DNA of 64,000 nucleotides. Source: Candidatus Kerfeldbacteria bacterium RIFCSPHIGHO2_12_FULL_48_17. GTDB lineage: Bacteria; Patescibacteriota; Patescibacteriia; HO2-48-17. The first letter of the stretch is position 1. The number at the start of each line of letters is the position of its first letter. Under the pieces are notes generated by a model. That model saw nothing but the letters and a program-made list of their open reading frames with translations, was not told the origin of the DNA and made no database searches. Shown here piece by piece: positions 17,599-26,879 of the stretch. Location of the stretch: the NCBI GenBank assembly GCA_001818775.1, contig MHKD01000042.1, positions 41,022 through 105,021 of the forward strand, written 5' to 3'. The translations under genes and the position numbers were made by a program.

Positions 17599-19266
17599 CT
17601 AGAAAAATTCATCGGGGTCAATGTCAACCAGGGCATCGGCAGGTGGACGCCAATCGCTTTTTGGGTCACGAAGCAATTCCGCCGCTTCGCGGCCGTCCCT
17701 GTAAAAAACCTTCACCAAACGGGCAAAAGGTGGATAATGAAAAATCTTGCGCCTGTTGAGTTCGGAATCATAAAAACCCCTATAATCGTGGCTCTGTACG
17801 AAACGGAAAATGGGATGCTCAGGAGCATGGGTCTGTATAAACACCTCGGGCACATGTGCAGCAAAAAAAGTCAGGAGTTGGTATGTTCTCTCGCCAGCGC
17901 GCCACTGGGGACGGCTCAGCATCTGGTCAACACCCAAAACAATGCCCGCCTGGAAATCGGCAAGCTGAATGCGCTCGAAAGCAAATTCCGTGCCAACAAC
18001 AATATCGGCTTTTTCCCAATTCACATTTTCTTTCACCGTTCTGTCAAGGAGGGCAAGACGCTTATACGGAAAAAGTTTGGCCAGTTCCGAAACAATCTTC
18101 TGTGTGCCGAAACCGGCCGTATACAAACGGGTAGACTGGCAATGCTCGCACCGAACAACCTGGCCGTAAGGATAAAGATGCTTACACTCCGAACAGACCA
18201 GATAACGGGCAAACCCGGTCCGGTTGATAAAAATAAAGCAACGTTTTTTCGCCAAAACACCCAGTGCCGCTTCACTGAAAACTGAATAATTCTTCGCCAT
18301 ACGTTCGGCGTGCATATCAACCACGGTTATGCGCACATCTTTTTCACGCCCGCCCGCAAGAGAAATCCAATCAGCAGCATACGCCGTTGTCACCCGCGGA
18401 GCGCGACTGGTAAAAATCAGGCGCAGGTTGTATTTTTTTTGCAGATACGAAGCAACATCATGAACGGAAAAACGCGGATTCTGATCGTAATTTTTATGAT
18501 GCACGCTGTCCTCATCATCAATAATAATCGTAGAAAGACGCCGAGGAAGAGAAAACAGCGCTGACTTTGTTCCGATGAGAACACGCCGTCGCGAATTTTT
18601 TTGACGCGCTGAAAGCCAAAACGCCCAATAGTCGCGCATCGACAGGGCACGGTCAAGAACACGGGGAGAAAAATCAGCAAAAATCCCCGCAAAGTACACA
18701 GCAGCTGAACGCGAAGGGGTAATGAGAAGGATATCACCCTTACTTTTTTGGAGAATGCCCCGATAAAATGCCAATTTGTGCTGAAGTGACACATACATCA
18801 ACAAAAAAGGTTGCACTGCTTTTTCGGACAGGGCCTGATGAACCGCCGCGGTGATCGATGAAATGTCTTTACGTCGAACAGAAGCGCCGGAGCCAGAAGT
18901 TGATGCACGTCGCGGCTGTGAAAAAACAGGTGCGGAAGGGACATCCGCATCTCGCCTCGGCAGCTCCGGCAGCCAGGTACGGAGACTCAAAGCAGGGGAT
19001 ACAAAATAAAAATCACTGAACCAAGTAAGCGCGTCCAAAAAACGGTCATCGAGAACACCAGAAAAAAGGACACGGTCAATGGTTTTCAGTCGCCGCTTAG
19101 TGCCAGAAGTCTTCTTCAGTTTTCTCACAACACCAACGCAAAAAGAACGGCGCCAGGGAATACGCACAATATCACCAACCGACACATGCATGTCCGTGGG
19201 TATGCGGTAATCAAAAAAACCCAAAGTGCGAACCAGACGCAATCTCGGGATAATTTCAGCAATCAT
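17599..19266 (-). CDS. priA: Primosomal protein N' (PriA)-like protein with degenerate helicase motifs
   Basis: N-terminal FDY..P....VGDIVRIPW, IGTKSALF, IIIDDED..HKNYDQNPRF, FINRTGFA, GFGTQKI, QTHAPEH, YPPF; typical priA-def-fmt order. Confidence 0.85.
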   Translation of the reverse strand: MIAEIIPRLRLVRTLGFFDYRIPTDMHVSVGDIVRIPWRRSFCVGVVRKLKKTSGTKRRLKTIDRVLFSGVLDDRFLDALTWFSDFYFVSPALSLRTWLPELPRRDADVPSAPVFSQPRRASTSGSGASVRRKDISSITAAVHQALSEKAVQPFLLMYVSLQHKLAFYRGILQKSKGDILLITPSRSAAVYFAGIFADFSPRVLDRALSMRDYWAFWLSARQKNSRRRVLIGTKSALFSLPRRLSTIIIDDEDSVHHKNYDQNPRFSVHDVASYLQKKYNLRLIFTSRAPRVTTAYAADWISLAGGREKDVRITVVDMHAERMAKNYSVFSEAALGVLAKKRCFIFINRTGFARYLVCSECKHLYPYGQVVRCEHCQSTRLYTAGFGTQKIVSELAKLFPYKRLALLDRTVKENVNWEKADIVVGTEFAFERIQLADFQAGIVLGVDQMLSRPQWRAGERTYQLLTFFAAHVPEVFIQTHAPEHPIFRFVQSHDYRGFYDSELNRRKIFHYPPFARLVKVFYRDGREAAELLRDPKSDWRPPADALVDIDPDEFF

Positions 19267-20060
19267 TATTCAAGAGAAAGTTTCGCCACCAAGTAGCCAA
19301 CGCCAAAGGGATGCTCATAGCTCAGTACCGAAACCGAAAAATTAACGGAATTGAAAATACCAAACAGCACAATAAAGGCCCTAAGACCGCATTCACTGCC
19401 TTCACTGATAAGTTTCTTATCAATATCCCTCAATGCCTTTGAATCAGCCGCCGTAACAGCATCAATAATAGCCTTATCAAGTTTACCGGCATATTCGGAA
19501 AAACCGGCCGGAGCATCATCAGTCAACCGATGAGAAAGGTCACCGGAAGCCACAACAGCAATCCGTTTGTTGGAATTCAGAATCTCTCGCTGCAAGGCAC
19601 GGCCAAATTCAAAATGCGTTTCATAATCCAGAAGCGAGTAACTGACCGGAACAACGCGTGCATCGGGGAGATGTCGCATGAGAAAATACAAGGGGATAAT
19701 AGTACCGTAATCAAGCGCGTCGTGGTGGGTAAGTTTAATGGGAATATCAGCATCACGCGCAGCCTGCTTGAAACGACTAACGAGTTCCAAATCACCGGTA
19801 AATGTCAGCTTGGTGGATATGTCGGCAAATTCCTTCAAATCCGTATCATAGTGGGTGGAAAGGTTTATATAAAATGCGTCAGCTGCCAACGGGGCATGAG
19901 GAGAAATGACAATAATAATATCAGGTTTAGCCGAATAAACAAGCCCTTCGAGCTCGTCAAAAGCCTGTCTTGTCTGGGCCAGTTGTTTCGTTTTCTCTTT
20001 CCCGATACTCGCCAGGAGGAGCGGGGGATGAGGAGTAATGGCACCGATAACAAGTGACAT
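19266..20060 (-). CDS. AmmeMemoRadiSam system protein B / LigB-like (MEMO) protein
   Basis: PHPPLL, ISPH, LDYG, ASGDLSH, SECG, YEHPFGVGY. Confidence 0.85.
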   Translation of the reverse strand: MSLVIGAITPHPPLLLASIGKEKTKQLAQTRQAFDELEGLVYSAKPDIIIVISPHAPLAADAFYINLSTHYDTDLKEFADISTKLTFTGDLELVSRFKQAARDADIPIKLTHHDALDYGTIIPLYFLMRHLPDARVVPVSYSLLDYETHFEFGRALQREILNSNKRIAVVASGDLSHRLTDDAPAGFSEYAGKLDKAIIDAVTAADSKALRDIDKKLISEGSECGLRAFIVLFGIFNSVNFSVSVLSYEHPFGVGYLVAKLSLE

Positions 20061-20062
20061 AA

Positions 20063-21457
20063 CTATTTATCAAGAGTAAGGGGTTTACCGTTTGGATGAA
20101 GGTTAAGAGCCGCCTTTGAGGTAAAGATGATATTGTCCCAACGGTAGCCGAGCTGCGTAAAAGCTTCAGCGCTGGTAAATGCCCGCTTCTCTCCATTGGA
20201 AATAACATATACAGAGCCGACTTCATGAGAACTCACCAGCGTGCCATCAGGGAAGAGCACATCATTGCCGCGGGGAAGCTGATCAATAACCGTAGCAGCG
20301 ACCGAGACAACCTGCTTTCCCTTAAAATTTACATTCAAAAGTTCACGGTTGATGATGTTATGACGAACCCCCTTGGGATCAACATACACCACAGCGCCCG
20401 TTTCTTTATACTGATAAAGTATGCCTGCCGGAAAAACGTCATCCGCAGTAATAGGGCTGTCTTCCTGAAAACTCTTCAGCGTGTCCCAGGAAACAGCCTG
20501 TATCTCCTCGGGATTGTAACCGAGCTTACGAAAAACCTCACCCGAACTTATACCACGAATTTTCCCATCATTATAAAGATAGACCGTGCCGCTCGGCGAA
20601 CGGAGAAGGCTGAAATTCGCAAAAGAAATCGCCTGACCAGTTTCATAAGCATCAAGTGTCACCTTCGAAGCAGGAATAAGATCCCGAGGGTCATAATTGG
20701 CAAAAAAGGCCTCACGCCTGGTAAAGGGAAGTTTCTTGCCATTGCGAATAATGTAAATACCCCCGGTATTCACATCCTGAAGCAGTGTACCGTCAGGGTA
20801 GGAAAGATTAAACCACTTCGTAAAAATATCATAAAATAAACTGTTCCCGCCGACATTTTCATCACCTTCGTGATAACCGACCCAAGGTGTGTATGTATAC
20901 AAAGCCGCTGTCGCCGCATTCTCAGGAGTAACTTCCAAACCATCCAGTGATGTTTTCGTCACCCCCGGACCCCAACCGGAAATGGTCGTACCCGTGCTGG
21001 CAATGTCATCAATATACGTTCGAACACCTTTTGCGCCCCAGGCAACCTGATTATCAAACCCTTTGTATTTTGCGGCCTGCTCAGGAGTGCAGTGGTCGCA
21101 ACGACCATAACCCGTAGCCCAATTCAGCTGGTTATCGGTCGGTCGGCCGGCAGTGATAACTCCTTGCTCAACCTGCATGCGGGTGATAAGGTATTCCGGA
21201 CTTATTTCATAGGTCAACGCGTTCTCATAAATAATCTGTGCAGCCGTTTTCGTAACGCCATCAACCGCAAAAGATAAGCCACCCAGCGCACCCTTCGCGG
21301 CCAGAAAACTCTGGATACGAGACAAGCCCATAGCCTGAGAAGAAGTCAGCTCACGATCACCAATCACATTATTCCGATCAAATGATGCACTGAAGACAAC
21401 GGTAGGAAAACCAAAAAGAAAAACTGATAAGAGAAAATAACGGAGAAAAAATCGCAT
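20063..21457 (-). CDS. Secreted protein: putative lysozyme-like N-terminal domain plus four ~60-aa repeats
   Basis: Signal peptide; MQVEQG, ATGYGRCD, YKGFDNQV, PENAATAALYTYTP; four repeats with consensus (Y/F)P.G.L.....G.VY.I.NG.K. Confidence 0.75.
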   Translation of the reverse strand: MRFFLRYFLLSVFLFGFPTVVFSASFDRNNVIGDRELTSSQAMGLSRIQSFLAAKGALGGLSFAVDGVTKTAAQIIYENALTYEISPEYLITRMQVEQGVITAGRPTDNQLNWATGYGRCDHCTPEQAAKYKGFDNQVAWGAKGVRTYIDDIASTGTTISGWGPGVTKTSLDGLEVTPENAATAALYTYTPWVGYHEGDENVGGNSLFYDIFTKWFNLSYPDGTLLQDVNTGGIYIIRNGKKLPFTRREAFFANYDPRDLIPASKVTLDAYETGQAISFANFSLLRSPSGTVYLYNDGKIRGISSGEVFRKLGYNPEEIQAVSWDTLKSFQEDSPITADDVFPAGILYQYKETGAVVYVDPKGVRHNIINRELLNVNFKGKQVVSVAATVIDQLPRGNDVLFPDGTLVSSHEVGSVYVISNGEKRAFTSAEAFTQLGYRWDNIIFTSKAALNLHPNGKPLTLDK

Positions 21458-21523
21458 AAATATATAATTTACTTAATGGGAAATTCAGTTTTATTATACA
21501 TAAAATTGTGATATTATTCAAAC

Positions 21524-22264
21524 ATGAAAACTATCAACATTTTGGGGGTGAATATTCATGCGATTACGCGGAACCAAGCAGAAAAAGAGATACAGGCCTA
21601 TCTATTCGATAATAAAACCCGTATTATCGTGACCCCCGGACCGGAATTTCTCGTACGAGCCCACAAAAATCCAGACTTTAAGGAACTCCTCAACAGGGCT
21701 GACCTGGCCCTCGCCGATGGCAGTGGTCTCGTTTTCTTTTCCGGCGGAAACATACCCGAGCGCTGCAGCGGGGCTGATATGATTCCCACCATACTGAAAC
21801 AGCTTCAACACAACAGCGGCAAACTTGGCGTTATTTTGCGCGATGATGGTCTCAGCCGGGCGGACAAACTCATGCATTCTCTCGAAAAAACCAATCCCGG
21901 ATTACATACAAAAATTGTGTACAAAAAAAGCAATGAAACAATAAGCAAAAAAATCCTCCGGGATCTCACAGACTTCATTCCCGATGTGCTACTCGTTGCT
22001 CTCGGTTCTCCACAGCAGGAAGAGTGGATTTTTGCCCACCAACAGCAATTTCCCCAAACCAAAATAATGATGGGGGTGGGAGGAGCGCTTGACTACTGGA
22101 GCGGCGCTATGCGACGCGCACCGCGCTTCATGCGAAATATCGGTCTGGAATGGCTGTGGCGCCTTATCCGCCAACCCCGACGCTTACCAAGAATACTGAA
22201 TGCTGTTATACTGTTTCCATTACTGGTTATAGCCGAAAAAAGTCATAAAAAACACTATGAATGA
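21524..22264 (+). CDS. WecB/TagA/CpsF-family glycosyltransferase
   Basis: ADGSG, VALGSPQQEEWI, MGVGGALD, RAPRFMRNIGLEWLWRL. Confidence 0.93.
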   Translation: MKTINILGVNIHAITRNQAEKEIQAYLFDNKTRIIVTPGPEFLVRAHKNPDFKELLNRADLALADGSGLVFFSGGNIPERCSGADMIPTILKQLQHNSGKLGVILRDDGLSRADKLMHSLEKTNPGLHTKIVYKKSNETISKKILRDLTDFIPDVLLVALGSPQQEEWIFAHQQQFPQTKIMMGVGGALDYWSGAMRRAPRFMRNIGLEWLWRLIRQPRRLPRILNAVILFPLLVIAEKSHKKHYE

Positions 22265-23714
22265 AATAAAAATCCAGATACGAACGCGCTTTGCGCCAAG
22301 CCCCACAGGAAAACAGCACATTGGGGGATTTCGCACCGCCCTCTATTCCTATCTCTACGCCAAAAAACAAAACGGCGTCTTTATACTGCGCATTGAAGAT
22401 ACTGATCAAGCGCGCTCAGTGAAAGGCAGCGTGGAAAGTATCTACGACGGCCTCAAATGGCTTGGTATACACCCGGATGAAGGACCACGAGAGGGCGGGG
22501 AATATGGACCATACAGCCAATCTGAACGCCTGGATATGTACAAAAAATTTGTTCAGGAACTTCTGGACGGTAAACACGCCTACTATTGTTTTTGCGCTCC
22601 GGAAAGGCTTACCGAACTCAAGCAGGCACAATCAGCCGCCGCCAAACCACCAAAATATGACCAAAAATGCCTCAAGCTCACACCTGACGAGATCAAGGAA
22701 AAACTCAAGGCAGGGGAAAAATATGTAGTTCGCCAAAAAATGCCATCTGAACCGACCCTCACAACCTTTGACGAACTCCGGGGAAAAACGCTCTGGCAAA
22801 CCAAAGACCTCGACGACCATGTACTCTTAAAATCTGACGGCTTCCCGACCTATCACCTGGCCAATGTGGTGGATGATCACCTCATGAAAATCACGCACGT
22901 TTTTCGCGGTGAAGAATGGCTGCCGTCCTTTCCCAAGCACGTGGCACTGCATGGTGCTTTCGGCTGGAAGATGCCAAAATTCATTCATCTCCCACTCATC
23001 CTGTCAAAAGAAGGCGGAAAACTCAGCAAAAGAAAGGGCGCCGTGCCATTGGTTGATATGCAGCACCAGGGTTTTTTGCCCGAAGCCGTAGTAAATTTTA
23101 TGGCGTTTCTGGGCTGGAATCCCAAAACCGAACAGGAAATATTTTCCATGGACCAACTCATTGAAAAATTTTCCATCAAGGGCCTGAATAAAGCCGGGGC
23201 CATCTATGATACGGAAAAACTCCTGTGGTACAACGCCCACTACATTCACCACGCGCCCGCCGAAAAACTTTTACAACAGGCAAAGGAATTTCTTCCCGGG
23301 GGATTTTCCGATGACCTGTATAAAAAAATCATTACCATCGAAAAAAGCCGGCTCACCGCCCTCAGCGAGCTGTCAGAAATCACTGACTATCTCTTCACCA
23401 AAAAACTCAAGATTGATACAAAAATCCTGCCATGGAAAGAAAACACGCCGGACGCAACGGCACAGGCACTGAAATTTTCGGCTGATGCACTGGCAAAAAT
23501 AGGGGAGAAGGACTGGGAAAAACAGGAAAACATTGAAAAAACCCTCAAAACCGCCATACAGACGAGCAATCAAAAAAATGGTCCCATACTCTGGCCTTTG
23601 CGGGTTGCCCTCACCGGAAAAACCCAAAGTCCCAGCCCGTTTGAAGTCGCCTGGGCCCTGGGAAAAGAGGAAACGCAAAACCGAATCGTCGCCGCGATAA
23701 AAGCCTGCTCATAA
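22257..23714 (+). CDS. gltX: Glutamate--tRNA ligase
   Basis: RTRFAPSPTG..HIGG, LRIEDTD, PTYHLANVVDD, KLSKR. Confidence 0.97.
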   Translation: MNEIKIQIRTRFAPSPTGKQHIGGFRTALYSYLYAKKQNGVFILRIEDTDQARSVKGSVESIYDGLKWLGIHPDEGPREGGEYGPYSQSERLDMYKKFVQELLDGKHAYYCFCAPERLTELKQAQSAAAKPPKYDQKCLKLTPDEIKEKLKAGEKYVVRQKMPSEPTLTTFDELRGKTLWQTKDLDDHVLLKSDGFPTYHLANVVDDHLMKITHVFRGEEWLPSFPKHVALHGAFGWKMPKFIHLPLILSKEGGKLSKRKGAVPLVDMQHQGFLPEAVVNFMAFLGWNPKTEQEIFSMDQLIEKFSIKGLNKAGAIYDTEKLLWYNAHYIHHAPAEKLLQQAKEFLPGGFSDDLYKKIITIEKSRLTALSELSEITDYLFTKKLKIDTKILPWKENTPDATAQALKFSADALAKIGEKDWEKQENIEKTLKTAIQTSNQKNGPILWPLRVALTGKTQSPSPFEVAWALGKEETQNRIVAAIKACS

Positions 23715-23755
23715 TCTCCTTCGCAAATAAGGCAATATCTGCTATAATATTGCAC

Positions 23756-25084
23756 ATGGGACAGGAAAACTTCATAAAAACAAAACACCGACAGCGCATG
23801 TACACGCTGACACTTTTCGTCTGTGCCAGTATTTTTCTGGTACTCAGCACAAAAATCACGCATGGCGCCACGGATCCGGCCGACGATACAAAACTCAACA
23901 ATATTGACACGCAAATACAGCAAAAACAGAAAGAACTCACCGACATCGAAGATAAAATCGAATTTTACAACAAAACCATAGAAGTCAAACAGGAGGAACT
24001 CCTGTCCTTAAAAAGCGAACTCGAGCTTCTTGGCACCAATATTGAGCGTACGCAGAAAGAAATCCAGCAAAAGGGAACCGAAATACAGCTCCTGGAGCTG
24101 GAAATACAGGAACTCAAACAAAAAATCGAAGCCAATGAAGGGAAAATCGTCGTACAAAAAAGAAGCATCCAGGACACGCTGAAAAAACTCTACATCGATG
24201 AGCATAAAACGTACCTCGAAGCCACGGTTTCCTCAACGTCATTTTCAAGTTTTTTCAAACAGATAACGTATTTGCAGGAAGTGGAAAAAGAATCGCAGCG
24301 CAACCTGGACACGATCCAAAAACTGCGTGATGAACAAACCGTACAAAAGAAAAAAGTCGAGGAAAAAAATAGCGAAGTAAAACAGACGAAATCCGATCTT
24401 GAAGTCCAGAAAATTGATTACGAAAAACAGCAGGAGCAACGCGCTGACATTCTCATAGAAACGGAAGAAGATGAGGAAAAATTTCAACAACTCGTGGAAG
24501 AAGCGCGTCAAGAACAGCAGAGTATTGATGCCAATATTAGGGCACTGGAAAAAAAGGCGCGGAAACGGCTGGAGGATTTGCAAAAAAAAGACGGCAGCAC
24601 AGGGGACAGTGGATCCGCTGAAGATCTGCTCGGGGATGGAAGTGATTTTGGCGGGGACTTCGCGCCGATCTGGCCGGTCGACAGCCAGACGGTGACGTGC
24701 AGTTTCCATTGCGGCGATTATCCGTTCAGGCGGGTTTTTGAACACTCAGGAACGGACATTGCTGTTCCACAGGGGACAGCTGTCAAAGCCGCCGCTTCAG
24801 GCTATGTGGCTATTGCCAAGGACGGCGGCGCCACCGGGTATTCCTACATCATGCTGGTTCACGGCAACGGCTTTTCGACGGTTTATGGCCACATCAGCTC
24901 AATAGGCGCCAATACGCTGGAGAAACTGGAAACCGGCGCCCTGGTGCGAAAAGGGGAGGGAATTGGGCTGAGTGGCGGCACACCAGGCACGCCAGGCGCC
25001 GGCCGTTTCGTCACCGGCCCACACCTGCACTTTGAAGTGCGCAAGGACGGTATTCCGGTCAATGCGGAGGATTATTTGCCGTAA
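23756..25084 (+). CDS. Coiled-coil M23 peptidase (murein hydrolase)
   Basis: Signal/TM segment, long coiled coil, C-terminal HSGTD (HxxxD), YGH, GPHLHFEVR (HxH intact); ATG at 23756. Confidence 0.9.
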   Translation: MGQENFIKTKHRQRMYTLTLFVCASIFLVLSTKITHGATDPADDTKLNNIDTQIQQKQKELTDIEDKIEFYNKTIEVKQEELLSLKSELELLGTNIERTQKEIQQKGTEIQLLELEIQELKQKIEANEGKIVVQKRSIQDTLKKLYIDEHKTYLEATVSSTSFSSFFKQITYLQEVEKESQRNLDTIQKLRDEQTVQKKKVEEKNSEVKQTKSDLEVQKIDYEKQQEQRADILIETEEDEEKFQQLVEEARQEQQSIDANIRALEKKARKRLEDLQKKDGSTGDSGSAEDLLGDGSDFGGDFAPIWPVDSQTVTCSFHCGDYPFRRVFEHSGTDIAVPQGTAVKAAASGYVAIAKDGGATGYSYIMLVHGNGFSTVYGHISSIGANTLEKLETGALVRKGEGIGLSGGTPGTPGAGRFVTGPHLHFEVRKDGIPVNAEDYLP

Positions 25085-25096
25085 CTTTATAGCGCT

Positions 25097-26548
25097 ATGA
25101 AAAACGAAAAGCGACCACTCCAGGACTGGGCAAAAAAATGGCCCAAGAGGAATGAATCGGTAGGGGAGAAAGAGGACTCTCAAGCGCGACCTGAAACCAA
25201 TGAAGTAATAACAGAAGAGCAGGAACTCAGTGAACGAGTTCGGGAATGGGCAGAGCGCATTAATACTATAGGCGGGGATTACAACAACGCCTACAATTTT
25301 ATTGCACCAAGCGGGAGAGATGGGCGAGACATCATTGAAGAGAGGCAAGAATTTTTAAATGAACAGCACTATACACCAGTCTTTACCTATAAGAAGCTGG
25401 AAAAAGAAGACTTCAAGGAACCGCTGAAAAAACTTCAGGAAATCCGACAGGAACTCAAAGATGAAGAAAAAAATGAGCAAGCCAAAAAAATTCTGCAGGA
25501 AGTGATAGACAACGTCGAAGCAAAGATGATGTTTCTTAAGGCTTCAAAGGAAGGCGATGACGACAAAGCCTTTGAATGGGCAAAAATAGCCTACGGCGAC
25601 ATCGATGATGAACTCGTCGAGTATGCTGAAAAAACACATGTCGACAAGGTTGAAGAAAATGCCAAAAAAAAGTCCAAACTCGAAACGTATTTAAGAAAAT
25701 CAGAAAATAGCCCAGAAGACGCAAAATATGTTTTCGAGGAAGGTCTTAGAGCGCTGGAAGTTCCCATGTATGATCCAGAAAAAGGAACCGAAGGTTGGGA
25801 AGTATTCATTGATCATACGAAGCTAGGAGTGTCGGTAGAATACGCCTCCAAAGAATATCCAAGGCCAACAGTTGTCGTAGGTGGAAAAACTGAGGTACGG
25901 ACAGGATTCAATGTTTTGGAACTACTCGCTCACGAAGTAGGTACACATGTAAGAACCAACCAAAACAGCGAAAACAGCGGATTAAGAGGCACTATATTCG
26001 GCAGGGACTACGAGGTATTCCAAGAGGGAATCGCGTTACTGGCTGAAAAAGAATTCATAAAAGATGTTATTGGCGTAGATACCAACCCCGCAACACCATT
26101 TGCGGTACTCGCTATGAATCAAGTCAAACAGGGGAAAAACTTTCGGGAAACATTCAACTTTATCAGAGAAAAATGGCTTGAGCATAACAGAGCGGAAAAG
26201 CAGGGGTTGGAGGAAGAGATGACCCCTGAGAAGGAGGCTAAACTGCAAAACGACACGAACAAAGATGCCTGGGGAACATGCCAAAGAACTTTTCGGGGAT
26301 TCCATGACCTAAGCAAAGGCGGTAAGTACTACCCTAAGGACAAAGCGTATTTGCAGGGCTTTAAGGAAGTACAGGTGCTGGCAGAGCATGGGCTAGAGGA
26401 GTACCTCGTGGAACACAAAGCCGATGCCACCGTCATTCAACAACTCCTCGATCTCAGGCTCAAACCAAAAGACAAAGTAGAACTCAAAAAAGTAGCACAG
26501 AAAATATTCGCCGACAGTATTAAATGGTTTTTCGAAGGAAAGGAATAA
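25097..26548 (+). CDS. DUF1704/QEGLA-motif metallopeptidase (MATCAP-like carboxypeptidase family)
   Basis: HEVGTH (HExxxH), FQEGIA, YPKDKAYLQG; acidic and cytoplasmic. Confidence 0.75.
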   Translation: MKNEKRPLQDWAKKWPKRNESVGEKEDSQARPETNEVITEEQELSERVREWAERINTIGGDYNNAYNFIAPSGRDGRDIIEERQEFLNEQHYTPVFTYKKLEKEDFKEPLKKLQEIRQELKDEEKNEQAKKILQEVIDNVEAKMMFLKASKEGDDDKAFEWAKIAYGDIDDELVEYAEKTHVDKVEENAKKKSKLETYLRKSENSPEDAKYVFEEGLRALEVPMYDPEKGTEGWEVFIDHTKLGVSVEYASKEYPRPTVVVGGKTEVRTGFNVLELLAHEVGTHVRTNQNSENSGLRGTIFGRDYEVFQEGIALLAEKEFIKDVIGVDTNPATPFAVLAMNQVKQGKNFRETFNFIREKWLEHNRAEKQGLEEEMTPEKEAKLQNDTNKDAWGTCQRTFRGFHDLSKGGKYYPKDKAYLQGFKEVQVLAEHGLEEYLVEHKADATVIQQLLDLRLKPKDKVELKKVAQKIFADSIKWFFEGKE

Positions 26549-26560
26549 ATTGCACCAGGG

Positions 26561-26594
26561 GAGAAGGGTCTGACCACAAATCAGGCCTTTTCTT
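26561..26594 (+). terminator. Probable intrinsic terminator
   Basis: GAGAAGGGTCTGA-ccacaaa-TCAGGCCTTTTC stem (with G-U pairs) 12 bp after the stop at 26548. Confidence 0.6.
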
Positions 26595-26606
26595 ATGCCA
26601 TATTAT

Positions 26607-26634
26607 GTGTCGCACAATATATCTTATACGACAC
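26607..26634. other. Putative dif/Xer-type recombination site (11-6-11)
   Basis: GTGTCGCACAA-TATATC-TTATACGACAC. Arms are 9/11 inverted repeats; the inner CGCAnAA / TTAT resembles known dif sites; intergenic between convergent genes. Confidence 0.55.
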
Positions 26635-26879
26635 TATATAAAATACATTTTGGCTTGCCTATAAACTTTCACCCAAACGGCACTCTTCATAAAAATGTTA
26701 TCTCTATATCCCACCCTCCCCATACCACACCCTCCCTCTCACCGAGAGAGATGCCACCTAATGGACTCTCGTATAATCTCTTTTTACCAAAATACGCCCG
26801 ATGCTCCAAAAATTCCATAAAACAAAAACCGTCCAAAACGGCCTCAAATTTTGACCTATAACGCACGAAACACCTCTCC

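Noticed and set aside
26566-26575. GGGTCTGACC as a third MITE end or REP sequence
   Set aside because: Only 7 bp match the TIR, there is no partner end or target duplication, and it is explained as a terminator stem.
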